Assembly (NCBI GenBank): GCA_973895155.1
Contig: OZ316899.1
Coordinates: forward strand, 3,555,455 to 3,619,454
Reading direction: 5' to 3'
Source of the DNA: Marsupella aquatica
Lineage: Eukaryota; Plantae; Marchantiophyta
DNA: 64,000 nucleotides
The position numbers and the translations under genes were made by a program. Positions 37,101-48,765 of this stretch are shown one piece after another (positions within the stretch are counted from its first letter, which is position 1; each line of letters begins with the position of its first letter). The notes beneath the pieces were generated by a model. The model was not told the origin of the DNA, made no database searches, and was given only the letters and a program-made list of their open reading frames with translations.

Positions 37101-38392
37101 TTCTTTTCTCTTTTGTTCTTCTCTGTCATGGGAAACATTTCGGCACAGATGGCCAAGTAGTCACCAAAATCAGGGTGCAACAATGGAGTGATCTTTGTTA
37201 CTTTGATAGCCCAATCTTTTGTCGCTTCCTTCATCATAGCTTCATGCCTCTTTTGCATCTCCTCTTTGGACCACAGAGTCCCTTGGGCGGCTGCAAAATC
37301 CAATTCCACTTTGAACTGGTTTGTGTAAGATTTAATCTTGTTCTCACACAAAATGTAGATGAGCGCGTCTTGTGGCATCTTGTGTGTATACCAAGAACCC
37401 TTGCAAGTCTTCTTTCGAATGGCTTCAAACTTTGCATAACTCGTAGCATCAATGAGGGGTTTGTAGTGCTCTAGGTCATGTGATAAAAGACAAGAGATTC
37501 TGTCGGCATCAAGAATCCAAGATGGCTCGACCACAACTTGTCCCAACCTACGTCAAAATTTAAATGGAAACTAGCAGCACCGGGTGCTAGTAAAACACCA
37601 AATATAATATTACATCAAAAATCCATCTTGAACTAGTACATCATATTAAATGAGGTTGTCCTGAACAATGACTTACTGGTTGACAACGTGCATGGCAGCC
37701 TCAAGCTCCATGAGGGAACCTTTATCTCCATTGAAAACAATGCAAGTCACACGAGGGTGGTACTTAATGTTGTCCGGATGCTCTGCTGTCACAATCAACC
37801 ACAAATACAAACGGTGATTTCCATCGAAGACACAAAACATCTTGTCTTTCAAAACTCTGAAATCAGGATCAGCGTCACACTCTTCCTCAAACTTTTCATT
37901 CTCGGCAACCCAGATTGGGTCCCAAGAGGCTCTAATCTCATTAGTGCAAATTTGTGGAACCCCATCCGCATTCGTTGGCTGTACATAAAATGGCATGCCC
38001 ATGCGCAAATTGTATCCAGAAATCCGGAATGACTCATTCAATTTGTCGATGGAGGCGCTCTGCTTCTGCAACGTCCGCACCACTTCCATATGAATCAGTC
38101 AACATAGAGGAATTTGTGGAGGCTCCTTCTCCAATCCTCTGAAATCTTTGCTAAAGGACAAGACATGATTGGATATGTAATCGTCCATTGAAAGTCCAGC
38201 AACACCAAAATCAACCCGTGCAACTTCCTCAGTCGTGTCCATTCTCCCCTTTCTTGATTGCATGGTTGGAAGAGTTGAGCCAATGTCTGAATGTGAATGA
38301 GACGCAGCCGACCGAGTCACGCGACGGGTGTACACAGATTCTGAAAAAGAGGACTGTGAGGACTCGGAATGACCGGCATGACTATCTCCCAT
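34157..38392 (-). pseudogene. ParB/Srx-like + methyltransferase-like gene of element B, decayed
   Basis: Exons ~38392-37677, 37547-36189, 36055-35337, 35160-34592, 34478-34157. VFDGNHRL, GVDAGFIYLPTG and DIVMDWTVGAGST are conserved with A. Several stops and frameshifts. Confidence 0.82.
36817..36840. repeat. Interstitial telomeric repeat GG(TTTAGGG)3T inserted in coding sequence
   Basis: Directly visible; shifts the frame of exon 2 in element B relative to A. Confidence 0.85.
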
Positions 38393-39299
38393 CCTTGTAT
38401 TACCCCACTGAGAGATGGTGATGGTGTTGAGCAGAACGTTGGACAGTTTCGTACAACTCTCCCAAAGCCCCTGAGCCAGTATGAAGTAACAGACTCAAGT
38501 ACAGAATGTCACGTTTGAACAGGTTGCTCCTAGAGAATTACGTATCTCCCACGAATGCCAAGTCCCCACAGAGGGTTAAGAGATGGAGTCTCTAGCACAT
38601 TAGAGTGCTGCTCCACGGTAACACCAACAGAGCCGAACACTTGGAAGATTACCATTGGACCAGCAACCGTCTTATACTTTGGCAGCGTGACCAGCAATCT
38701 TCAATGTTACCGTTAAAATATGACCGTTGATTGATTTGGCCTTATTGATAGCGCCAAGAGCTAGCAAAAACAACTCTATATTACCCGATTTAAACTACTA
38801 ATCGACCATATATGTGTTTTTACACAATTCAAATGGATTTCCAGCCTTGAGGGATGAAATGGACCGTTTTATCCATAAACGTTTATTAGCGCTTGACGCT
38901 ATCATAAATGACATCCGATTTGAAGCTAATCGTCACGCGAACGTAATACAAACTCATCCATATCCAGAAATATTTTCAAAATTCCACTGGTATCAGAAGG
39001 ATAATTTTGAGCATTCCAATGATAACGCCGAGCTCTAATAGGGAACGTGTCACGGGTAAGACCCCTCCATCGGAAACTACAAGCATTTTCAAGACTTGCA
39101 AACGATATTTGGTACAAAGATTGACTCATTCCCATAAGACAAAACATTGAAAAACACGAACTGACTCATGCAAACTTTGTCAAGGGGATGTCTAAGAGTT
39201 CGGAACTCCATTTACGAGCATCAGATTTACTCCACCAAGTCTAGAAACATCAAGTGTACACTTCAGGATTTTTTAAAAAACTGGGGAGTAACCTCCCAC

Positions 39300-39910
39300 T
39301 ACATTCCGAGACTACCATGTTGGCAAAAGATTGACAACCATTACTACCAAAACTGCAACAACTGGTCGTGGCTATCAACATCAGACTCCACCAAATGGAG
39401 TTGGCTATCTACTCAGGACTACTTTGTTCTGTAGGATCACACGACTGTTGCGTAGCCGAGTTAAGTTAATCTTCCCACCACCTTGGCTTGTATGCGTTCG
39501 AATCGTCGTTGGAATTGCTAGAACCAATGCCCCAGCAAAACCCACCCCGACTGCAAGAGGAGTTGTCGTTGGACCCCAAGCCATTGTGGGTCCCTACGTC
39601 GTCGTCTGTATCCTCGGCTTCACTAGAAGAACTTGTGCCATGACCAGGTGACTGGTGCAAAGTAGAAAGCTTTGCCTTTGACAACAAAGATTTCTGCACG
39701 GAGGGTTGAACTTCTGCTTTAGATTGAGGAGCACCATCTAGTGCGGATACAATTGCCCGCTCTTCGCGATCACTTTCCCCTTCGCCAAGATCAGGATTGT
39801 TGAATGAGCTGGAGGCTTTGCGAGAGACTTCTCTGCAACACCCTCTCCATCATTGTCGCTTTGAAATGTAACCTTCGCCTTCCCCCTTTGCTCGTGGTGG
39901 AGCCATGAAA
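39300..39910 (-). pseudogene. Low-complexity basic ORF remnant specific to element B (MAPPRAKG...)
   Basis: ORF pieces 39850-39905, 39738-39938 and 39466-39699; may be upstream exon(s) or separate cargo. Confidence 0.3.
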
Positions 39911-40573
39911 ACTCTAACGAATGACTCTGAAAGATCAAGACTGAAACAAAAGTTTCTCGGATGAAACTGGAGACGGGAGCGCAAGAAAAGTTTTGAGAAT
40001 GAAAAACTCCAAATGATGGGAGGCAGACTTGCCGGCCTGGTTTTGGGGGATAGAGGTGAGAATGTTTGGACCCCGGATGGACGTCTCAGATGTAATGGTT
40101 TCCGATCATGGGATAGATGTCCGAGATGCGTCGGTAGATTTTTGAGATCTCTTGATTGTGAAAACTTTAATGCACACGTGTGTATTTGGACGGCGTCATA
40201 GATTTCCTGTCTGTTGTTAGAGTTATAACGTATGAGCAGTGAAGATAGCGCCAAGCGCTATTATTACAATCGGAGCTTTTCCTCTCCTCCTCACCAGGCG
40301 ATACTGTATTTGGTCTAGAGTCATGCTTCCAATGTTAAGTTGTTCTTCGTTCACAAAAGTAGCGTCTGACGCTATTAAACTACTGACCAATCAGTTGGTT
40401 CAATATAGCCGTTGAATAACGACAACTCAATTGATTTACATCGTCCAAACGCTTAACATATCTTTCTTTGTCATTATTCAATGTTTGTTTATAATGTCGT
40501 TATTAACCTCGTACATCAAACAAGCCTTAAACCGATTGGCAAAGTGAGACATCAATTATTCTCTTCCGCTGAA

Positions 40574-43283
40574 ATGGGACGATCGATCGTAGTTACACGC
40601 AAGGACACGCAGGATGTTATCACGGTTATCGTTTCCCCTGAATCTCAGTCAAGGAGAGTTTTGGATGAATACTTGGGGTTAAGATTTGATGTTTCAAAAG
40701 AGTGTATTCTTTCTATTTCCCTCCTCCCTAAGGATTTGAAGGGAAATACCATCTTCTATGATGTCGTTGATGGACTCAGGTTTTGGACGATGTATCCTGA
40801 TAAAGTATACGAGGTCTTTGTTTTGGAAGATTTTGAAGCATCGGCAGATATATGTCCTATTTCCGGTGGTGTTGATGTTGTCAATCTCTCAGACACTTTG
40901 GAAGACGAGGGGAAAAATTCTCCCCTTTCCTTTGATGTCCCAAAAAGGATCCCAATGGATCCCTTGGTTGTGAAGATGGAGATTTGAGATGTTCCAATTG
41001 TATATCGGCAAAGTGCAATGGATACTATCCTAAAATCAAAGGGGCATAGCAAGTTATCTCGTTTCATTAGGGAGAACAATTTCATGCATCAGACAGTTCC
41101 CAACCTCCCGATGACATACAATGGGAATGTAGTGTTTGAGTTGCCTCTAGTCCAGTCGATTGCATGAATTTGAAAGGGGAACGACTGAAGGACACGGACC
41201 GCGGGAAGGATTGCTATTTGCGCGTCCAATAACATGTGGAACTCGAACATACATTACTCTGATATAATTCTATGCATGACGTCAAAACTCACCCATGACC
41301 CCTCTAATGAACCACCAGGCTGCATTTTCTGGAGAAGATCGATCCCAGATCCTTCGCCTTTCACAGTCATCTTGAAGATGTGAGCACTTTCGTCTTGACA
41401 TCCTTGGCCTGGAAGAAAATACCTATGAAGAAAGGGAAGTCTCACACACTTTTGCATCCGCACCAAATATTTGAGCTCACCTTAGTTTACCTTTTTGGTC
41501 CGTTACCAATGTTTTGTAATAGCTCCCGACGCTAATATGGAAAATGAGTACTCGGAGTCCAATGTCTTGTTACAGTATAGTAGCGCCAAGCGCTAGTGTG
41601 AACAAGGAGACTTTTGCAACTACAAACATGACATTGATGCAAGAGATTTAATAGCGCCAGGGGCTACTAATAGTTAGAGTCCATATAGCATAAATACAAA
41701 CTACACTTGTCGTGAATTACTGTAGTTGCTAAATATATTTATTCGTTTCCTATGACAGAGCAAGAGTGCTGAAGAGGCAGGTATGATTCCAAATTGTACT
41801 GGTTTGGAATTGGTCCATGCAGGCATGAAGGCGTGGCAAATGAAGAAGCGGGTTGGCCTCATGGAGGGATGCAAAACTGACCAAAACCGAGCTGTATGTC
41901 AGATTGTAGCTTATACTGCATGTGGTCAAGGATTACATTGGGGAACTGGACCCACTATCTTTGAGCTGGCTTTCAGATCTGCGAACATGACAGGGTCTCC
42001 ACGTCTATTTGAAGAAGCGACCAATCTCCTTCTTTCCAACGCAGCTGAATTTGATTTGGAAAGAACTGTTCCATTGAATGGAGACGTCATCACTCGATCG
42101 GTGAAAGGAAAAGGTAATGCAAGTGGGAATGTCTCGGCACAAGACTCTCACAAGCATGATACTATCCTTCTGACTTCACCAAATACAAGGGGTTTGAAGA
42201 GGAGAAACCTCCATTTTACAGACTCCGAGAAGATGTCTTCCATACCTTCTGCTGGTGGAAGTGGCGTCGTTAATTTGTCTCAAACTGAGAGTGAAGATTC
42301 TGAGGAGGTCGTCATCCTTGAGACACCCTCATGTCGAACGACAAGATCTTTTATTCCTCCCGTCAGACATCAAGCTGAGGCCGCGCCTGAGGAATCTCTT
42401 CTCCCGATGGAAACTGACATAGCTCTAGGTCTATGGCAGCTCCGACGAACTGCAAAACATGGTCTTGGTCCAGCTTGTAATGGGACGCTCGGTTGGAGAG
42501 GAAGCCGCGATGAATGTCAAAATCGAGTAAAGAAGGTTTTCCAAATCCAGAAGGAGTTATCACAATAAATTTGTAAGAGGATGTAGACTTTTTAGAGGAG
42601 AACCTCATCCGGACCAGATATGGTTTTGCCCAAACAACAAATGTCACAAAAGTTGGCCAAGAAGAGGTGTTTCAAACATTCCCAATATACCACCCGTTCT
42701 CCCCATTGCAAGAGGGACCAATCTCTAGGAGGGCAAGATCCAATTCTTGAGAAAACAAGGTCTAATTGGGACAGGAGAGGTAAGGAAAGGTCAGGAGCCA
42801 GCCCCGTTTGAGTTACGCATCGATGTGAATTTGTTCCAAGAGATGATCAATTGAGCGGACCCAATTTTCAGATGTGGCTCTAGGAATGGAAGGAAGTGCT
42901 CGCAAAGAGTATGCGTGAATCTAACTCAAACACATTACAAGAAGATTGAAGCATCCGAAATAGAAGTAATGAGACTCGTATGAGAGAGAGATGTCACGAG
43001 TGGGAATGCGTGGGGAAAGCAGTATTGTATCAGAACACATGAACATGAGAGGACTGTTGCCTCTTATTGGGTGCAGATTTGTTGTTTCCCTTGCTGTTCA
43101 TGTGAGGATTTCTATCGGAGGCACATTTATAGGAAACCTTACATGCCTTGCAAACATCTATATTGGGTATTCAGGACTGTGTTGAAGTTGAGTCTTCATG
43201 ATTTGACACTATCTAGTCAACCAGTTCTGATATTGGGCGAAGTCCGTTACCTTCTTGATCGACAAAATGGAACAAACATGTAG
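40574..43283 (+). pseudogene. MULE transposase of element B with internal deletions and an inverted segment
   Basis: MGRSIVV and YRQSAMDTILKS...YNGNVVFELP match A. ~41225-41510 encodes FLHRYFLPGQGCQ...WVSFDVMHR on the minus strand. The exon from 41759 (SKSAEE...) and the SWIM motif CSCEDF...CKHLYWV are conserved. Confidence 0.88.
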
Positions 43284-44358
43284 TCAATTTAGTGACATTC
43301 AACTGCTTTAATTGGCATTTGTCTTTTCTAATGGGCAGAAGATGTACCCGTTTCTTATTCAAAAATATGTAGTGTCTGTTGCTAGCCAAAATTCGCAATA
43401 GATAGCAAACATATTGACTGTTAAATAAAGCGCGTTTTCTTATAATGACCTCTATATTGCCTGTTATTTATCATTGAATGGTGGGCCCCATTATGTTAGC
43501 ATTTCAGTGAGCGCTTATATGGTTGTTGTTTTTTAACATGGAGCCTTTTTTGTCAACTTTGAATAACCTAGAAAACTCGTACAAGTTCTTGTATGAGTAA
43601 TTGAATTCCTCGTATGAGTAAATTTTTGCTCATACGAGCAGAAAATTTGCTCGTAACAGCAAATCTATTTACTATTTGTTGTCACGGTGGTTATACCCAA
43701 TACTAGGCGCATTGGAAAGGGAGAACTTCAATTTACGATTGTAAGGGGCAACATCTAGCAAAGGGGAAGCAAAAGTGCTAAACTTGCACCATGGCAAAGG
43801 GGACATGAAGCACAAAATCAAAGCATGACCGACAGGGGGAAGAAGCACAGTAGGTGGACAGAGAATGCACAACTATCCAAGATACCTCAGAGACAAAGCG
43901 TATTGCAATGCAAATGTAATGGTAGCAGGTAAAGGCAGTGGTGTTGCAGCAACTCCCTTCGTAGCTCTAGCCAAAGGCGCAGAGCAAAACTCTCGTTCAC
44001 GTTGCAGCTCCAACTTGCAGGACGGTTAGCATTGCCCAAGTGCGCGCAGCTTGAGCTACCTTTCACCTGGTTCTTCCCTATAGATGACAACCCGCGGCCA
44101 AAGCTAGTCCCAAACGCAAATGCCTCCCTATTCACAGTGCACAGCTTTGAATCAGTCCCACCGTCCTCACCGATTAGTCCCACCTTGCAAATGGCTTGCG
44201 GATGGAATGCAGAGACTAAGCGCAAGAGACCGGGCCACACTCCATCCACACTGCAAAGATGGGAAGCAACACACACAACCTTCAAGAAACATAGGCGTAG
44301 CGGTCCTCAACTCCTTCACCCTAAAATGCAGCAGTGACCTCGTAGCGACCTCATAGAT

Positions 44359-45958
44359 CAGCCTATTCATTAAAAGTGTATTATTATTTGATTTATGTAC
44401 ATTTGGGCAATGAAAAGTGTACTTTTGGGCTTGGAAAAGTGTACATTTGGCCAATAAAAAGTGTACATTTGGGGCTAGAAAAGTGTACAATTGGCCTAAA
44501 GAGTGTACATTTGGACAATGAAAAGTGTAAATTTGAACATCAAAATAGGTACATTTGGCTTTAAAAGTGTACATTTGAGTACATTTGACCTAGAAAGTGT
44601 ACATTTGAGTGAAAAATGCATACATTTGGCTTAAAAAGTGTACATTTAAGTGCATTTGGTCTAGAAAGTGTAGCTTTTAGTGCAACAAAGTGTACATTTG
44701 GCCTAAAAAGTGTACATTTGCCTACCAACTCTTATTATAATCATTTTAAAGAAAGGAATGAATAGAAAAATATTTTTAATTATGTAGAAAAAGCAAACAT
44801 TCATATTCATAATGATCAAAAGTTTAGAAAATGAGGAGATAGTATCACATTAAAACTATTAGAATAGTAAATAACTAGTACGTAAATTACTATGTTTGAA
44901 GAGTGACTATCTTAGTTACATAAAAACTAGTAACTATCTATTTAATTATTATAGCTTCTAACAACTAAGTCTACTTGTCCATCCTTTGAAGATAATTTTG
45001 GACAGTTTGTAGAACATTTTGAGGGATCTTCAAACCTCTGTCCGCCATGTTTTCTTCTTTCATTCCAGATTTAAAACCATACATTGCAGAATTTGCATAC
45101 TGCCAATGTTGAGTATTCTCACCAAACCCTGGATCTTGTTCCCATGTCTCAGTGGACAGGAAACAATTTAGATACCGCGCACTCTCAGTCACATCAAGTT
45201 TAGAGTGTTTAGGCCTCCACCATTCAACTGGGAACATTGGAGCATATTGTTGAGGTAGAGAAGGGTTTGTTGAAGATGTTGTTGGGACTTCATGCTTTGG
45301 GTCCACCAAACCCAAAGCTCTCACCAACCAGAAATGACCTCCACCATTTTTATTCTCCCAGTCATCCTCGGGTCAAAGAAATACAAATTTTCCTTCACAA
45401 ATATCCTGTAAAGGAATCCATCGTCCTTGTTCTCTCTCAGCTCGAGATCCAAGAAATGGTGCTGCTTGATCTTCCATCTCTTCCAAGACCTCATTTTGAA
45501 GAGCCGTCATCTCTTCATTCTCCTCATCTTCACTTGGAGGACCACTTTGTTCCGGTTGGTTGACCTTGTAACCAGTGCCGTGGTTAGTCTTAGGCCAAAA
45601 TCTGTTTTTCAAGGGAAATTGAGTACTTCCCTCCCCTTCTAGTGCGAGGCCATTTGTCAACAACTCCACAATTCTCTCCCAATATTTCACAAGAGGAAAT
45701 CTTTCCTTATATGCTATAGATGTCTCATCAGTGCAACTCCTTCTCAAAAATCAAGGTACTTGTTAAGAAATGGGATAATCTCTTCAGATTTTTGTGTATC
45801 TCTCCAATGGATTTAGCTAAGGGCTCTCCACTAGGTAAAAGAAGAGAATTTGTTGTCAGATCTGTTGCCCAAATGCACCTTCCACCAACTGGAGCCCAAG
45901 CTTGCTTTACATGGGACTTATACTGAAATATTGGTACATTATCTCTCATAGAGAAAAG
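44359..45958 (-). mobile_element. Second copy of the Sola-like element (3' end), inverted relative to copy 1
   Basis: Reverse complement of ~22896-24507 at very high identity; terminus CAGCC at 44359, preceded by AGAT. Confidence 0.88.
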
Positions 45959-47069
45959 ATGACAGTTTGATTCTTCAAACTGTCAATCTGGTTCCGGAGT
46001 CGTGCAATCTCGGCCTCGTTCCCAGCTTTGGCCTGCTCGGCTAGGGCGGTAAGGGCGTGCGCCTTTGCTAACAAATCATCAGCGGCTGCAACCTTGGGTC
46101 GTAGTTGCAGAAGCTCAACCTCTTGAGCCGCAACTTTGTTCTTTAAGTAGACGGACTCCACCCGGTACCGCTCTATCCTCTGAAGGGCCTCTGACTGGGC
46201 CCGACCTGCCTTTACTGTGGCAACTAACTCCTGATTGAAGAAACAGGCTACCTTCTGGGCCATGAACTCCCCGGTATCCCGGGCAATTTGATGAGAGAAA
46301 TCTCCCAGAAGCCCGTTCAGAAATGTACCCGGTACAAAGAGTTCCAGGTTGTGCCTGTCCGGAGTTGGGCACGGGCAGATGTCAACACGCGCGGGGGCCG
46401 GGGCAGTGACGTCCAGCCCTGGGGACGTAATGTTGGAAGGGGCTGGAGTGTCCTCCTGCAGCAATGTTCGGTTCTCCGGAATAGCCACCGGTGGGTCTTT
46501 GGGAGACCCGCCCTCGGGTAAGACCTCCGCCGTACCGACTTCTGTACTTAGCCCGGCCTGTTGGATCGCATCAACGGTTGCGACAACCGACCCATCCGGT
46601 ACCTCCTCGGTTACGACTACAGCTACTTGTGGAGGTGGGGTGGGTGAAGCTGGCGTGTCCGCTGGACTTCGGGCCTCGGGTTGGGGCCGTCTCTCCAAGG
46701 CCGGAAAAACCCACCTAGCTGGGACCAGCTTTGTAACGTTGACACGGGGAAGGGTTCGTCGATCAAACCGAGCGTACCACTCAAGAATGATCTCGATGTG
46801 GCTAGCGAAATACGCCTTCCCGCCAATGTATAGCGTCTTCCTTCGCCGCTCCATCTCTTCATGGAATTTCTTAGCGAAGTACGACGCCCACTTCCTAGGT
46901 CGATAGTTCTCAACCTGGATAACCTGGGCGGCGGAGATCTCCCCCCGGGGTTCCATCATGTGGAGGGCATACCTCTGGAACTCCAGTCGCTCAGCTATCT
47001 CGGGGATGAGGCAGGTCCTCATCACAAACCCGTTGTCCACTGCTCCTTCCGAGGGAAAACTTGAGGATT

Positions 47070-47100
47070 GGTTTAGGGTTTAAACCCTAAACCCTAAACC
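47070..47100. repeat. Head-to-head telomeric repeat insertion GGTTTAGGGTTT-AAACCCTAAACCCTAAACC
   Basis: 26 bp (47073-47098) replace the 9 bp ACTTGGCTC present in LTR copy 1 (19933-19941). Confidence 0.9.
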
Positions 47101-48765
47101 TTGCCCCCGGGAGCCCGTGATTCGACTCGATGGTCACCTTCGGGTAATCCAAAGATCATCCTGAGCCGTTCTTCCGTGAGGGACATATTCCTTCCCCGCA
47201 CCCGAGTATGCTGACGTGTATCATCATAATTCTTGACGAATTCTGTCATGTCCTCCCCGTAGTACCTGCAAGTGTTCCAGGGCAGAGCGGCGAGGTGCTC
47301 GAATCCCTAAGTCTTCAGGTACACCGCATGCTTGGGATGGAGGATGTTCTTATGCACGTTTTCCCCCATGCGGTGCATTGTTACCTTGGCCACGGCTACC
47401 TGGAACCACGGCCACGGCTACCTTGGCCACGGCTACCTAGTAACCTGGATGCAGTGGCGAGTTCCTTCCTCTTCTTCCCCCGTGACTGGCTCGGGGAAGG
47501 TGACACCTCCCCATCCTCTCGATCGGGCATAGGTAGTACTACCGCCGTTAGTATTGGTCCCAGGGCGGCCACGGTCACCGTGTTGTCTGCTGGAGCCGCT
47601 CCTTGGGTCCGAGCATGGGGAGGGGATGATGCAGTGTCGGCCCCCTGAGTGTTTACTCCTCTGGGCCGCTTGAGCAAGGGTGGGGTAGCCTCGTCATCGT
47701 CGCTAAGGTCCACAGCGTTGATGATGGAGCGTACTTGTATTGCTGGCGGGGCGATCGGCGGTGGGGGTTGGCTAGGCTGAGGCTGAGACTGAAGCTGAGC
47801 CTGAAGCTGAGCCTGAGTCTACGTTGGTACGGGTACGGGTATGGGGTCCACTGGGCTGGCGCCGGTGGTTGCGGGTCTAGTTCCCATGAAGCTCTGCAGG
47901 TGCTGGTAGAAGTTCTCCGAAGCAAGTGCGGACGACCTTGTCGAACAGGTAGTGGTGGACTCGCTGTTGATGATAGCCCGAACCTGAGCAGGGATGTGGT
48001 CGAAGTGATGTCGTTGCAAGTCGATCGTACCCGGGATATTGAAGACCTCGTCCGGAAGCCGAAGCAATGCTTCCCAGAAACCGATATATTTGTCTCCGTT
48101 GAAGAAGTAGCCAGATACCTCTGCTGGTCGGTAAAGCTTGCTCTGAGACGGGTAGTCAAAGTTAAGGATGTAGTGGTGTCGTCCTGCTAGGCGGATGGCT
48201 CTCTCGTACTCGCGTTCGATTTTGTATCGGTGCGGGTTGGCGTGTTTCAATGAGTCGGCCAAGTGCCTTCTGGTAGATAGGAACTGCGTCCAGAATCGAA
48301 TGGCCAAGCTGGAGAGGATCGTGTGCAACATTCAGAGGAGATAGTAGTGGCGACTTAGAGCGAACGAGAGAGCTGGGGTCGAAGCTGGCGCGTGGACTGA
48401 TGGACTGGTGCACTCCAAAGGGTCGGCTCCCTTTTTATACCTTGAGGGCTTGCCGATCCCCCGACATCTCCTCGACGCCCATAGGCTGAACCGCTCACGC
48501 TTGTGGTGTACCGGCCACTCCGCCGGTCTGAGTCAGCGCGTGTCAGTGGCCGCTTCCTTAAGTTCGTTATACGGACCCAAGGGAGGGGCCCCTCCACGCT
48601 CGTAACCCGGGTGTGCGAATAGCGACCCGTCGCCAGTCCGAACCTGAATTCCCCCTTATTGCCTAATGATGTCCTACCCATAATGATTACCTAAATACTG
48701 TCGTTATGCTAACAATAGCGGCCTAAGACACTCCTAACGCGCGTGCTGAGCGCAGTTAGACCGAA

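Larger units (their letters stand above)
33754..41666. repeat. 14 dispersed, partly decayed copies of the same palindrome in MULE B
   Basis: Starts at 33754, 33850, 34090, 35249, 35312, 36100, 37575, 38749, 38887, 40246, 40360, 41520, 41581, 41652. Confidence 0.9.
33599..43696. mobile_element. Mutator-like element B, 10,098 bp, diverged relative of element A
   Basis: 9-bp TSD CTAATACTA (33590-33598) / CCAATACTA (43697-43705). Termini align with A (GACAGCAAACAG at the same offset; TGTC-13 nt-end ...TAC). Same divergent gene layout. Confidence 0.88.

Noticed and set aside
8607-41666. Palindromes as a CRISPR array or bacterial REP elements
   Set aside because: Spacing is irregular (tens of bp to kb), the copies sit in spliceosomal introns, there are no cas genes, and the context is eukaryotic.
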